From: an uncultured Pseudomonadales bacterium
Lineage (GTDB): Bacteria; Patescibacteriota; Microgenomatia; UBA1400; UBA12028
Assembly (NCBI GenBank): GCA_964635905.1
Contig: CAZWPK010000002.1
Span: forward strand, 13,621 to 77,620
Length of the DNA: 64,000 nucleotides
Reading direction: 5' to 3'
In this document: piece by piece, positions 1 to 9,009 of the stretch
Numbering within the stretch: the first letter of the stretch is position 1
How the letters are laid out: each line of letters starts with the position of its first letter
The notes under the pieces: model-generated
What the model was told of the DNA's origin: nothing
Database searches by the model: none
Seen by the model: the letters and a program-made list of their open reading frames with translations, nothing else
Program-made: the position numbers and the translations under genes

Positions 1-817
1 TCGCAAAGTTTTCCAACCGTACGTCGGCTGATGCTTGAAAGCCCACTCGAATGACCGTGTTTTTTTTCGTTGCACTTCCTTGAAGGGTAGTACCTAACGT
101 CTCCAGAGCCTGTGCATCCGCATTCAAAAACACTGTCTGGGCACTCGTAAAGAGCGCTTCAAAGGTGCGCAGCATGTCATCAAAGGTAGGATAAATATCA
201 GGATGATCAAAGTTTAGGCTGGTACAGGCAATAATACTGGGATGTTGAAAAATAAAACGTGGGCGATGGTCACTTGTTGGATCCACAGCGTATTCATCTG
301 CTTCAGCCACAAACCATTCACCTGACGTTTCATACGAGCCCGTGCGATCAAGATTAGTAACATTCCCAACGCCGACAGCAAAGGAAGGCTTGTTTTTGGC
401 GACAGAAAGAATCCAGGCAATCATGGCTGAGGTTGTCGATTTCCCCCCAGTTCCACACACACTAATACTCTTCTTTTGATCCATGAATAGGCCCAGTGCT
501 TGCGCGTGGCTAAGTACAGGAAGATTGCGCCGCTTCGCTTCAACTACTTGGGGATTTGCTTGGCCTTGATGGGCACCGGTGTAGATCAACAATTGGGTTG
601 ACGGTGGAACAGTGGCTGCATCAAATCCAACAAAAATTTCGACTGCAAGTTTCTCTAATTGTTTTGCAGTGACAAATTTCTCTGGTAGATCAGATCCTGT
701 GACGATCTTTCCAAGATCCACCAGACACTGTGCCAATGCAGTCATGGCAACCCCTTTAATCCCAGTTAAATGGACTTGGGTTACAGACAGTAAGTCTTGA
801 AATGAAAACTCGGTCAT
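1..817 (-). CDS. murC: UDP-N-acetylmuramate--L-alanine ligase (3' end outside window; missed by ORF track)
   Basis: Manual translation from ATG at 817: MTEFSFQDLLSVTQVHLTGIKGVAMTALAQ...GSD, P-loop SVCGTGGKSTTSAMI, FVAEADEY and FDHPDIY are all MurC signatures. The frame runs off the window edge. Confidence 0.93.
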   Translation of the reverse strand, partial: MTEFSFQDLLSVTQVHLTGIKGVAMTALAQCLVDLGKIVTGSDLPEKFVTAKQLEKLAVEIFVGFDAATVPPSTQLLIYTGAHQGQANPQVVEAKRRNLPVLSHAQALGLFMDQKKSISVCGTGGKSTTSAMIAWILSVAKNKPSFAVGVGNVTNLDRTGSYETSGEWFVAEADEYAVDPTSDHRPRFIFQHPSIIACTSLNFDHPDIYPTFDDMLRTFEALFTSAQTVFLNADAQALETLGTTLQGSATKKNTVIRVGFQASADVRLENFA

Positions 818-819
818 AG

Positions 820-1521
820 TTAGTTGATCCAACACAATACCGAGAAATTCCCTTTATCTTTACTGCTGCGCGATTCTTTTGCCCGTCGATGGGAAAAGAA
901 AATCTCACGCTCTTCATAGGTATCACGGCCATCATTGATGATGCGGGTTGGATCTATCCCTAATTGTACACAAGAGGACTCAATAAAGTGGGGTAGGTCT
1001 ATCGCATATTTCCCTTTTTGGGTTTCGATAGAGCTACTCCAAGATTCTAGTGCGGACTGTATAGGTTTCTCTTCAAAGACGTACGATTCTTTCTGGATGC
1101 AGGGACCAATCCACACCCACAAGTCTTCGGGGTGACTTCCAAAGTTTGCCTGCATCGAGAGAATGGTAATTTGCACACTTCCCATCGTTAACCCTCTCCA
1201 ACCAGCATGGGCAAACCCAATTGCTTTGCGTTTACGATCCACAAACAATAATGGCACACAATCCGCAAACTGGTGCGCCAAGGCAACCTGTTTTTCTTTG
1301 GTTAACAAGATATCTGCAGGAAATTCTATCTGGGTTGTATTCTCCGAAGTCACTACCCAAGTTCTAGTCGCATGTTCATGGAGGGGCAAGATCACAGGAA
1401 TCTTTGAGAGATTCGAAATGGATCGAGCCAATCGATCTGCATCTTCCAGATTTTGAATGGATCCTTCCTCTTTGGAAGACAGGAGGATCGTACACTCTGG
1501 AATTAAAGAGAGAATTTGCAT
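820..1521 (-). CDS. pgeF: YfiH/PgeF family peptidoglycan editing factor / purine nucleoside phosphorylase
   Basis: FADCVPLLF, HAGWRG, WIGPCI and FFSHRR motifs; dcw context. Confidence 0.88.
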   Translation of the reverse strand: MQILSLIPECTILLSSKEEGSIQNLEDADRLARSISNLSKIPVILPLHEHATRTWVVTSENTTQIEFPADILLTKEKQVALAHQFADCVPLLFVDRKRKAIGFAHAGWRGLTMGSVQITILSMQANFGSHPEDLWVWIGPCIQKESYVFEEKPIQSALESWSSSIETQKGKYAIDLPHFIESSCVQLGIDPTRIINDGRDTYEEREIFFSHRRAKESRSSKDKGNFSVLCWIN

Positions 1522-1523
1522 GA

Positions 1524-1745
1524 TTAGTCTCTGAATCCTTCAGGAACATCTGGACCGGAAACATCCTCTTTAGACATTCGATGATCGCCTGCATCTGGAA
1601 CTAAGTTTGGTACGACTGCACGTTCATTACCAAGAACACCATCATTATGGTCGGCACTACTAGCTACTGCTTTGTAGGCATCTACATGCGGTCTCGCCAG
1701 AGCGACTTCTACGTGTTTTTTTACAGGAGCATTCTCAATTAACAT
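1524..1745 (-). CDS. Small hypothetical protein (73 aa)
   Basis: Strong SD (GGGAGGG) 5 nt before the ATG; stop lies 2 nt before the pgeF start. Confidence 0.55.
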   Translation of the reverse strand: MLIENAPVKKHVEVALARPHVDAYKAVASSADHNDGVLGNERAVVPNLVPDAGDHRMSKEDVSGPDVPEGFRD

Positions 1746-1835
1746 AGTACCCTCCCTTTGCGAAATCCTATACCTCTAGCAATGGCAAGTCAATGTTTGT
1801 GTCCTGGTCACGAAGACTATCCAATTTTTTTGAAT

Positions 1836-2054
1836 TCAACCTCTTGGGATTGGCAGGTGAATGAAAAGGTCATCGGGTACTATCATCTCTGCTTTCTCCC
1901 TAATCAATGGTGCTTGAGGGCATCCTGCTCCAGTAGCCTCAATGGCATGATACATTGTTGTGTGGTACTCCGTTTTAGTGCCGTAGTAAAATTTTTCAGC
2001 ATTTTTCACACCCTCTAGATACGGACAGGTTTCACATCTACGACAAGAGGCCAT
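1836..2054 (-). CDS. Small Cys-rich hypothetical protein (72 aa, CxxCxxCP...CP)
   Basis: GGAGGAG SD precedes ATG at 2054 (MASCRRCETCP); start revised from 2090. Confidence 0.6.
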   Translation of the reverse strand: MASCRRCETCPYLEGVKNAEKFYYGTKTEYHTTMYHAIEATGAGCPQAPLIREKAEMIVPDDLFIHLPIPRG

Positions 2055-2239
2055 AGGTCTCCTCCAATATAATAACTGCAAGGGGGTCAAGTGGTAGCGC
2101 TTAAAGTATCAGGCCGTATCGGTGGGTTTTTAAGTGTCGATGAAGTTGATCTCCTCGCTGTAAGTACGACAAACGAGAATACCCATAGTATCCCGCAAAG
2201 AGACTATTCTTACAAATCTTGAATTTATACTCAGAAGGA

Positions 2240-3244
2240 CTATACTAAAAGTTTCCCCAACTCGACTCCCAACTTGACTTGATCATGTCGGATGACACTG
2301 CGTTTGAGCACGTCACCTTTCTGCGTCTCTTCCTGGACGTGGGAGAGTAACGGAATCCGAATGACCTGAACCGTGGATGGAAGGTTGGCAGTATCCAAAT
2401 CATCGGCAATAGGAATCGAATGCTCTTTTTTATACTGTTGAAGCGTTTCTTCTGGAAACGATGTATCAGAATTAATCATGACCATCGATAGTCGTTCCAG
2501 TGGGATATAGGGGGACAGTTTTGATAGGAAGGTGGAGGCAGTATAGCCTACCGAGTCTCCATACTTCGTCATCAAGTTCACGATAAAAATGATCTTGGCT
2601 TTGGAAGCGGCAATTGCTTCGGGAACCCCTTCAATGACCATATTGGGAATGGTGTTGGTGTAAAAATCGCCTGGTCCAATCAAAATATAATCCGCAGTGC
2701 GCAGAGCTTGATCTGCTTCGGGTGAAATGGTGGCTTTCGGTTCCGTACGCAGTCCAACAATATCCAAGGTTCCATCATGTTCCGGTTCATCAATCAAATG
2801 CTCTCCGACCACTTCTGATCCATCAGCATACGTTGCCACTAAGCGGACATCATCATAGGAAATAGGGAGAATTCTTCCCTTCACCGATAACAGTCGACAG
2901 GTTTCCTCAATGGCTTTTTTTTGAGAACCAACAATGTCGGTGACCGCTGCCAAAAACAAATTCCCAAACGTCATTCCGGCAATTCCATTACCCTGATGAA
3001 AGCGATACATGAAGAGTTTTCGAAGCATGGAGCGATTTCGTGAAAGTGCGACCATGGCTTGCCGAACTCCAGAAGTGGGTAACAGTCCGAATTCATCGCG
3101 CAGAATTCGATTGGAGCCGCCATCATCGACCATGGTCAAAATGGCTGTCAAGCGAACTGGCTTATCACGAAGTGATGACAGTACGGTGTAGCTGCCTGTT
3201 CCTCCACCTAACACCACAACAGAGGGAATGGATGCTGTATCCAT
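2240..3244 (-). CDS. yvcK: YvcK/GlmR (UPF0052, CofD-like) UDP-GlcNAc-binding protein
   Basis: VVVLGGGTG, DDGGS, FGNLFL and IGPGDFYT motifs; start revised to 3244, just after the murE stop. Confidence 0.9.
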   Translation of the reverse strand: MDTASIPSVVVLGGGTGSYTVLSSLRDKPVRLTAILTMVDDGGSNRILRDEFGLLPTSGVRQAMVALSRNRSMLRKLFMYRFHQGNGIAGMTFGNLFLAAVTDIVGSQKKAIEETCRLLSVKGRILPISYDDVRLVATYADGSEVVGEHLIDEPEHDGTLDIVGLRTEPKATISPEADQALRTADYILIGPGDFYTNTIPNMVIEGVPEAIAASKAKIIFIVNLMTKYGDSVGYTASTFLSKLSPYIPLERLSMVMINSDTSFPEETLQQYKKEHSIPIADDLDTANLPSTVQVIRIPLLSHVQEETQKGDVLKRSVIRHDQVKLGVELGKLLV

Positions 3245-3246
3245 AG

Positions 3247-4452
3247 TTATTTCTCCAATACACTGTGTACCGCTTGTTGGTCGCTCCAGGGATATTCCGT
3301 CGACCCAAAGCACATACTCTTTTCATGTCCCTTCCCGGTGATGAGGATCGTATCTCCGGGGTGTGCAAGTGTGTTTAGGGCAAATTCAATGGCTTTATAC
3401 CGATCTGCGATACTGACTACTTTTTGGTGTCCTGATTGTACACCAGATTTGATCTGGTGAATAATGGACCATACATCTTCTGTCCGCGGATCTTCTGCGG
3501 TCAGAATGACGTGGTCAGCGAGTCGGCTTGCAATCTCCCCCATCATCGGGCGTTTACTGGCATCACGAAGACCGGCACACCCAAAAACCAGGATGAGTTT
3601 ACCAGCATGTCCTTTCCCTCTTTTTGGAGAGGTTTTTGATTGCAACGACAGTAAGGCTTCTTCCAATGCATTGGGAGTGTGGGCAAAATCCACAATAATT
3701 GTAATTCCGCGCTTATTGATAATCTTTTGCATTCTCCCGGCTACTCCAGGAAACTGGAGAATTGCCTGAGAAATGACGCGATCCTTCACGTCGAGCTTTT
3801 TAGCAATGGCGATTGCAAGAGCGCTGTTTTGTCGATTATAGTGCTGATGGCCAAAACGCTTTTCCACCGCCTCCCGTAATTTCTTAGGAATGCGATCAAC
3901 TGCAAAAAGTTGATACGGTTTGGAGGCTGCATCCAGTACAACTTGCAACGCTTCAAAGGAATCCTTGGCGTCCGCATTCACCAGTGCGGTTTGGGAACGC
4001 AATAAGAGTTGTGCTTTCGTGGTCAGATAGTGCGAAAAGGTCTTATGATAGTCTAAATGTTCATGCGTCACATTGGTAATTGCACCGATGAAGGGTTCAA
4101 TCCCCCAGACTCTATTCTGATCGATTCCATGCGAGGTAACCTCTAAGACGACATAGTCATAGCCTTGATCCAAGATTCTTTTGAGTAATCGTTGCAAGGC
4201 GAATGGAGAAGGAGTGGTGACGTGGAAACCGGTGTCGATTTCATCCTGCCCTATAAAGGCTGCGACCGTACTGATCAAGGCTACTTTTAGCCCTGCTTGG
4301 TGCAAAATATGGTAAACCAGTGTGCTTGACGTTGTTTTGCCATCGGTGCCGGTGATTGCGATTACTTTAAGCTTCTTAGAAGGAAAACCAAAGCAGATGT
4401 TTGCTACCACTGCAATGCCTAAATGGACAAGATTTTTGATCTGGCGCACCAT
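3247..4452 (-). CDS. murE: UDP-MurNAc-tripeptide synthetase MurE (short form lacking the N-terminal domain)
   Basis: ITGTDGKTT, LEVTSH, TNVTHEHLDYH, VDFAHTP, VFGCAGLRD, EDPR and GKGHE motifs. Confidence 0.92.
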   Translation of the reverse strand: MVRQIKNLVHLGIAVVANICFGFPSKKLKVIAITGTDGKTTSSTLVYHILHQAGLKVALISTVAAFIGQDEIDTGFHVTTPSPFALQRLLKRILDQGYDYVVLEVTSHGIDQNRVWGIEPFIGAITNVTHEHLDYHKTFSHYLTTKAQLLLRSQTALVNADAKDSFEALQVVLDAASKPYQLFAVDRIPKKLREAVEKRFGHQHYNRQNSALAIAIAKKLDVKDRVISQAILQFPGVAGRMQKIINKRGITIIVDFAHTPNALEEALLSLQSKTSPKRGKGHAGKLILVFGCAGLRDASKRPMMGEIASRLADHVILTAEDPRTEDVWSIIHQIKSGVQSGHQKVVSIADRYKAIEFALNTLAHPGDTILITGKGHEKSMCFGSTEYPWSDQQAVHSVLEK

Positions 4453-4491
4453 GTGGTCATTGTATCATTGTTTGAAGGCTGGAATGAGGAA

Positions 4492-5229
4492 TTATTTATA
4501 ATGTTCTTCAAAGATTTGATGCGTATTAACAGCCACGAACTGATCCGTCGCCGTACTAGCACTGCTTTGCACAGATTCATACAATCGTAACCCGTAGTGA
4601 ACAGCTATATGACCATGTATCGCTGCTAATTTAGCCTGTACAGACTGTCCTGCTTGCGTAGTCTGTACTTCTTGAACAATCGTGGAAACTGAATATTCCG
4701 GCGAGGATTGAGGTGTTAGTTCAGGAGTTGCCCTTGATTTAAGCACCGCCCAGCGATACTTGTCACCAAATATCATCACCATAAATTCTTCAGTCCCTCT
4801 GGTAAGGAAGGAAGTATACGCTGACCCATTAAATCCAAAAGTCGGTACATTGGGGTTAAATGTTCGAAGAGTTGCAATTAACGGTTGAGAACCAGTACTC
4901 TCGAGAGAAGGAGTCGCATCAACACGAATAGTGCCATTTCGTTCAACAGTTCGGTTACCTTGAATTAATTTACCATTTTCAGTATCAACAAGAAGAGCTT
5001 GTGAATGTCTTTTCGACATTTCAGCGGTGACAGCAATCAAATCCTTTGAAATTCCGGAAAGCATTTGCGTATGAATAGCGTCTGGCATCTTATGCAGAGA
5101 TAAACGCCCTTCCAATCCAAGCATACCTATCGCAACCAGGGCTGTTCGCAAATCCTGACTATTCCAGAATTTGATTTCCTTTGTCATGCCAAAATCTCTC
5201 AACAATCTTTCTCGATCTGTAGTAGTCAT
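4492..5229 (-). CDS. Hypothetical protein (orphan inserted in the dcw cluster)
   Basis: 245-aa ORF filling the gap; its own TGCTATAAT extended -10 lies 9 nt upstream. Confidence 0.7.
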   Translation of the reverse strand: MTTTDRERLLRDFGMTKEIKFWNSQDLRTALVAIGMLGLEGRLSLHKMPDAIHTQMLSGISKDLIAVTAEMSKRHSQALLVDTENGKLIQGNRTVERNGTIRVDATPSLESTGSQPLIATLRTFNPNVPTFGFNGSAYTSFLTRGTEEFMVMIFGDKYRWAVLKSRATPELTPQSSPEYSVSTIVQEVQTTQAGQSVQAKLAAIHGHIAVHYGLRLYESVQSSASTATDQFVAVNTHQIFEEHYK

Positions 5230-5320
5230 AGACCGACGATTATAGCAAAAGCTGTTATTTTTGAAATATGCATGTTAAACCTCACATCATGGTGCACTTA
5301 AAATGAAAAGGATTCTGGAG

Positions 5321-7072
5321 CTACTGGCTGGTTGCCTGCTCAATTCTTCCCACTCCAAACTTTACAAACAAATCTCGTGCAATCTCAAACCAAAGTGGAG
5401 CAGCTGTTTCCGATCCCCACGGAGAACTGGTTGGTTCCACAACCCGTACAAGCATCGAAAATTTCGGGTTCTCCACTGGTGAGAACCCCACAAATGACGC
5501 AATTGTTCTATTTTCATCATAATGTCCTGCAACGGGGATCTGCGCCGTCCCTGTCTTCCCGGCAACGGGGTACTCTTTGGGAAGTGTCCAACGCGCATCC
5601 CCCTGAGAGGCAGCATCGCGCATCATGATGGCCACAGTTTGCGCGGTCTGTGGAGAAATCACGTCACGTACTTTGGTTGGTTTCGTCACATAACGCTCCT
5701 CTCCAGTACGGACTTCTTCCACCACAAATGGTTTGTAAAGAGCGCCACCGTTCGCAATCACGTTGACCGCATTGAGCATTTGGACCATGGTGAGCGCAAT
5801 TCCCTGTCCAAAGGATGCCGTGGCAAGATCAATCTCTCCCCACTCTTTCTCGGCTCGGAGTTTCGGTGTGCCCTCATCTTGAAGATCAATTCCTGTTTTT
5901 TGACCGAGTCCAAAATTCATAAGATAGCTCAAGAATCGCTCTTGGCCAACTTTCTGTGCGATATACACCATGGCGGTGTTGTCTGAGTGTTTAAGACCAT
6001 CGAGAATAGTGGTATTGGGATGGTACTCATTATTCCAGGTCTTGATCGTGTATTTCCCAATGGTTACCGGTCCACTACAACGATCACATTGGGTTTGTGG
6101 GGAAATGAGTCCCAAATCAATGCCTGCGGCAACCGTGAGGACCTTAAAGGTGCTCCCTGGCTCATATCCATCGGCAACAGTAGGGTTCTTAAACAGTAAT
6201 GGATCTGCATCAGAATAACTTGCCGGATCATACGAGGGATAAGAGGCCATCGCCAAGACTTTCCCTGTCATCGGATCCATCACAATTGCATCAGCGGATT
6301 TTGCACCATACCGCTGTACACCCGCTTTGAGATGTTCTTCTACGGTATGTTGGATATCCCGATGGATCGTTAACTGGATATCACGGCTCATCACTTGTGG
6401 TTTGGCTTGCGGAAGTTCGATCGAAATTGGTTGACCTACCGCATCGGAAATCTGCGTAAGTTTACTCCGATTCCCTCGAAGCTCCAGATCGTAGAATCCT
6501 TCCAAACCAAAGTATCCTTTGGATTCACCCGCATCTGTGTTTCCCACAAAGCCTAAGACGTGCGAGAGTAATGTTCCTTCGGGATAGAATCGGGACTGCA
6601 TCGGTTCAAATGTTAAGGCCGTCGAATCAATGGCCTGGATTTCTTCTTTTTGTTTGGCCGTTAACCCAGATTCCAATACAACCCATTTCCGTTTGGGATC
6701 GGAAAGCCTGGAAAGTAACGTAAGCTCCAGTTTCTGTTCCTCCTCACGACGCTTGGTACTGTCGGTCGCCGCTAGTGGACTGGGGGAATAAATCAGAGGT
6801 TCAATTAATCGGGCCACGGTGGATGGCGGTGTGGTCAGAAGATTGGGTCGACCGATTAATCGAAACGTTTCTACACTTAATGCCAACGACTTTTTATCAG
6901 AAGAAATAATTTTGCCACGAAAGGCCTCTTGCGTAGTGGAACGTTCATATTGTGCACGCGCGGCTTCTTTGAGGTCGGATGCTTTAATGCCTTGCCAATA
7001 ATAGAGCCGTGCACCGATGGCCGCAAACCATGCTAAGAAAAATAAAAAGAGTCCAAAAAATCGTTGATTCAT
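5321..7072 (-). CDS. ftsI: Class B penicillin-binding protein (FtsI/PBP2 family)
   Basis: N-terminal TM, R-G-I-D dimerisation-domain motif, STFK (SxxK), SDN (SxN) and KTG; downstream of ftsL/rsmH. Confidence 0.9.
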   Translation of the reverse strand: MNQRFFGLFLFFLAWFAAIGARLYYWQGIKASDLKEAARAQYERSTTQEAFRGKIISSDKKSLALSVETFRLIGRPNLLTTPPSTVARLIEPLIYSPSPLAATDSTKRREEEQKLELTLLSRLSDPKRKWVVLESGLTAKQKEEIQAIDSTALTFEPMQSRFYPEGTLLSHVLGFVGNTDAGESKGYFGLEGFYDLELRGNRSKLTQISDAVGQPISIELPQAKPQVMSRDIQLTIHRDIQHTVEEHLKAGVQRYGAKSADAIVMDPMTGKVLAMASYPSYDPASYSDADPLLFKNPTVADGYEPGSTFKVLTVAAGIDLGLISPQTQCDRCSGPVTIGKYTIKTWNNEYHPNTTILDGLKHSDNTAMVYIAQKVGQERFLSYLMNFGLGQKTGIDLQDEGTPKLRAEKEWGEIDLATASFGQGIALTMVQMLNAVNVIANGGALYKPFVVEEVRTGEERYVTKPTKVRDVISPQTAQTVAIMMRDAASQGDARWTLPKEYPVAGKTGTAQIPVAGHYDENRTIASFVGFSPVENPKFSMLVRVVEPTSSPWGSETAAPLWFEIARDLFVKFGVGRIEQATSQ

Positions 7073-7395
7073 CGTTTCGCCTGTAAGCTTTGACTGCTCA
7101 TGGCTGTGTCAACGGCGACAATAGATTCAATCGGAACATAGCCTAAGGTTACTGCCTCTTCTTTGACAAACTGTAAAGACTGGGAGGTAGCAATTTGTAT
7201 TTCGTAGGCATCATTTTGTTTCTTTAATGCCAAGCGTTTCATATCCAATGCGTGAATCTCTCCACCGATCGTACTGACAGATGCCGTAGCCATGATATTA
7301 AACAATACGGAAAATAAAAAGAAAGCCATGGGAATGCCAACGAATAGTTTGATAGGTTTTGAAAGGCTCGATGGTTTACTGTTACGTAGTTGCAT
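7069..7395 (-). CDS. ftsL: FtsL-like bitopic coiled-coil cell division protein
   Basis: TM, coiled coil and C-terminal A..LG motif; positioned between rsmH and the PBP gene. Confidence 0.7.
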   Translation of the reverse strand: MQLRNSKPSSLSKPIKLFVGIPMAFFLFSVLFNIMATASVSTIGGEIHALDMKRLALKKQNDAYEIQIATSQSLQFVKEEAVTLGYVPIESIVAVDTAMSSQSLQAKR

Positions 7396-8284
7396 GGTTA
7401 TGTTTTTGTACGGCGCGTAACTTTGCGCTTCGACTCCGTGGATTACGACCTAATTCTTCAGTACTTGGCTCTACAGGCTTTTTGGTTTTTAGGGTACCCA
7501 GTCCTGCAGCTTCCTTTTCTTTCATAAACTGCTTTACCAATCGGTCTTCCCCTTCATGGAAGCTGATGGTTACGAGCATTCCGTCACTTGCTAATGCGTT
7601 AAACGCATCTGGTAAAAAACGCTCAATACTTCCTAGCTCATCATTCACCACGATGCGTAAGGCCATAAACAGCTTTGTGGCGGGATGTAGACGTCCTTCA
7701 CGATGCACAACTTTCTCTACTATGCTTGCTAGCTGCGTGGTGGTTTCAATTGGTTGCTTGGCACGAGCCTGCAAAATTGCTTCTGCAATGATGCGTGCAT
7801 GATGGTCGCCACCAATCTCTTTAATAATGTGCTCCAACTCCTTTTTCCCTAGTGCATTCACTAGATCTTTTGCGAGTACTCCTAATCGCTTATCCATCCG
7901 CATGTCCAGAGTTGCCTCTTTCTCAAACGAGAATCCTCTCTCGGCTAAATCCAGTTGCGGACTCGACACTCCAAAGTCGGCTAACACCCCATAAATATTT
8001 CCAGCTACTTCAGGCTCCAGTCGTTGTACGACTTCTCCAATTCGATCAAAGTTTTCATGGACTAACTTGACCTTTCCTGTCTCTGTCTCTTTGACAAACA
8101 TCCGAAATCCATATCCGATGGCTTGATCATCGCAATCAATGGCGATGACATTCCCACCTCGGATCAAAATCTCTTTACTGTGTCCTCCGCGTCCAAATGT
8201 CGCATCGATGTACCATTTGCCTGGCTTCACATCCAGATATTCAATGGATTCTGTAACTAAAACAGAGTGATGTGTGTCTTCCAT
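7382..8284 (-). CDS. rsmH: 16S rRNA m4C1402 methyltransferase
   Basis: HHSVL, DATFGRGGHS, DFGVSSPQLD, LDMRMD, ISFHEGEDR and NPRSRSAKLR; start revised to 8284. Confidence 0.96.
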   Translation of the reverse strand: MEDTHHSVLVTESIEYLDVKPGKWYIDATFGRGGHSKEILIRGGNVIAIDCDDQAIGYGFRMFVKETETGKVKLVHENFDRIGEVVQRLEPEVAGNIYGVLADFGVSSPQLDLAERGFSFEKEATLDMRMDKRLGVLAKDLVNALGKKELEHIIKEIGGDHHARIIAEAILQARAKQPIETTTQLASIVEKVVHREGRLHPATKLFMALRIVVNDELGSIERFLPDAFNALASDGMLVTISFHEGEDRLVKQFMKEKEAAGLGTLKTKKPVEPSTEELGRNPRSRSAKLRAVQKHNHATT

Positions 8285-8396
8285 GGGTTCGCTTTCAGTT
8301 AAGAACCATGAAGAAAGGACAAAAATAAACACCTCGGTTTAATGTCGTCCCCACTTCATGACTCTCTGTTGGTGCTGCAGGTCAACTGCAGCCTAA
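8285..8396 (-). promoter_or_regulatory. Structured mraZ-rsmH intergenic leader (putative cis-regulatory RNA)
   Basis: Hairpin at 8374-8392, a long stem pairing 8354-8360 with 8307-8313, and an alternative stem sequestering the rsmH AUG. Confidence 0.4.
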
Positions 8397-8822
8397 TTAC
8401 AATCCTTCTATCCCTTCAATGACGTCTTCAATCGTGTCACTCACGCGTTCCATATAACTGTGGTAGCGCGCTTGATCCCAGATCTCGATATGATCAAGTG
8501 AGCCGACAAAAACGACATCTTTTTCTAATCCGCCAATACCTTTAAGTTCTTCCGAGAGTCGTAGTCGTCCTTGCGCGTCTACTTCAAGGATCGTGGCATC
8601 GTTGGTCAGAAAGCGCACATATTCACGATTTGCTTTCTTGGTTTCTGCCAAGGCTGTTAACTGTGCTAGTCTTTTTTCCCAAGTCTCCTGATCAAAAATT
8701 GACAAACATCCATCCAAACCGCGGGTGATGATGGCAGTTGCGGACAACTGTTCTCGTAGTTTGGGAGGAAAGCTTACCCGGTTTTTTTCATCGATCCGGT
8801 GATAATACTTTCCAATATACAT
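8397..8822 (-). CDS. mraZ: Transcriptional regulator MraZ
   Basis: MYIGKYYHRIDEKNR, ITRGLDGCL, DAQGR and IEIW; start revised to 8822. Confidence 0.96.
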   Translation of the reverse strand: MYIGKYYHRIDEKNRVSFPPKLREQLSATAIITRGLDGCLSIFDQETWEKRLAQLTALAETKKANREYVRFLTNDATILEVDAQGRLRLSEELKGIGGLEKDVVFVGSLDHIEIWDQARYHSYMERVSDTIEDVIEGIEGL

Positions 8823-8835
8823 ACTAGGCCTATTT

Positions 8836-8853
8836 CCCACTTTCTCCCACTTT
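8836..8853 (-). promoter_or_regulatory. MraZ-binding direct repeats
   Basis: AAAGTGGG-AG-AAAGTGGG with a 10-bp period just upstream of mraZ; matches known GTGG-type MraZ boxes. Confidence 0.8.
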
Positions 8854-8867
8854 CTGGTATGTAATTG

Positions 8868-8896
8868 GTTATAAAGAGTTAAGCCTCAAGAGTCAA
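8868..8896 (-). promoter_or_regulatory. Sigma70-type promoter of the dcw operon
   Basis: TTGACT-N17-TATAAC upstream of the MraZ boxes. Confidence 0.55.
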
Positions 8897-9009
8897 GGGA
8901 GAAGAAAATACGAAATGGGAGCGGTGCAGCAAATGTGGATACCGTGAGGTTGCTCACAACAGAATCAGTAACGCCTGCGTATACTCAGAGTGGATTGGAG
9001 AAATTGACT

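Noticed and set aside
214-800. ORFs 214-420(-) and 612-800(+) from the track
   Set aside because: Off-frame or antisense shadows of the murC reading frame (1-817, minus strand).
2131-2187. 18-codon minus-strand ORF (MGILVCRTYSEEINFIDT) as a leader peptide
   Set aside because: No SD, no attenuator structure and no biased codon run.
8285-8840. Longer annotated starts for rsmH (8332) and mraZ (8840)
   Set aside because: The extensions are non-homologous and run through the structured spacer and the MraZ boxes.
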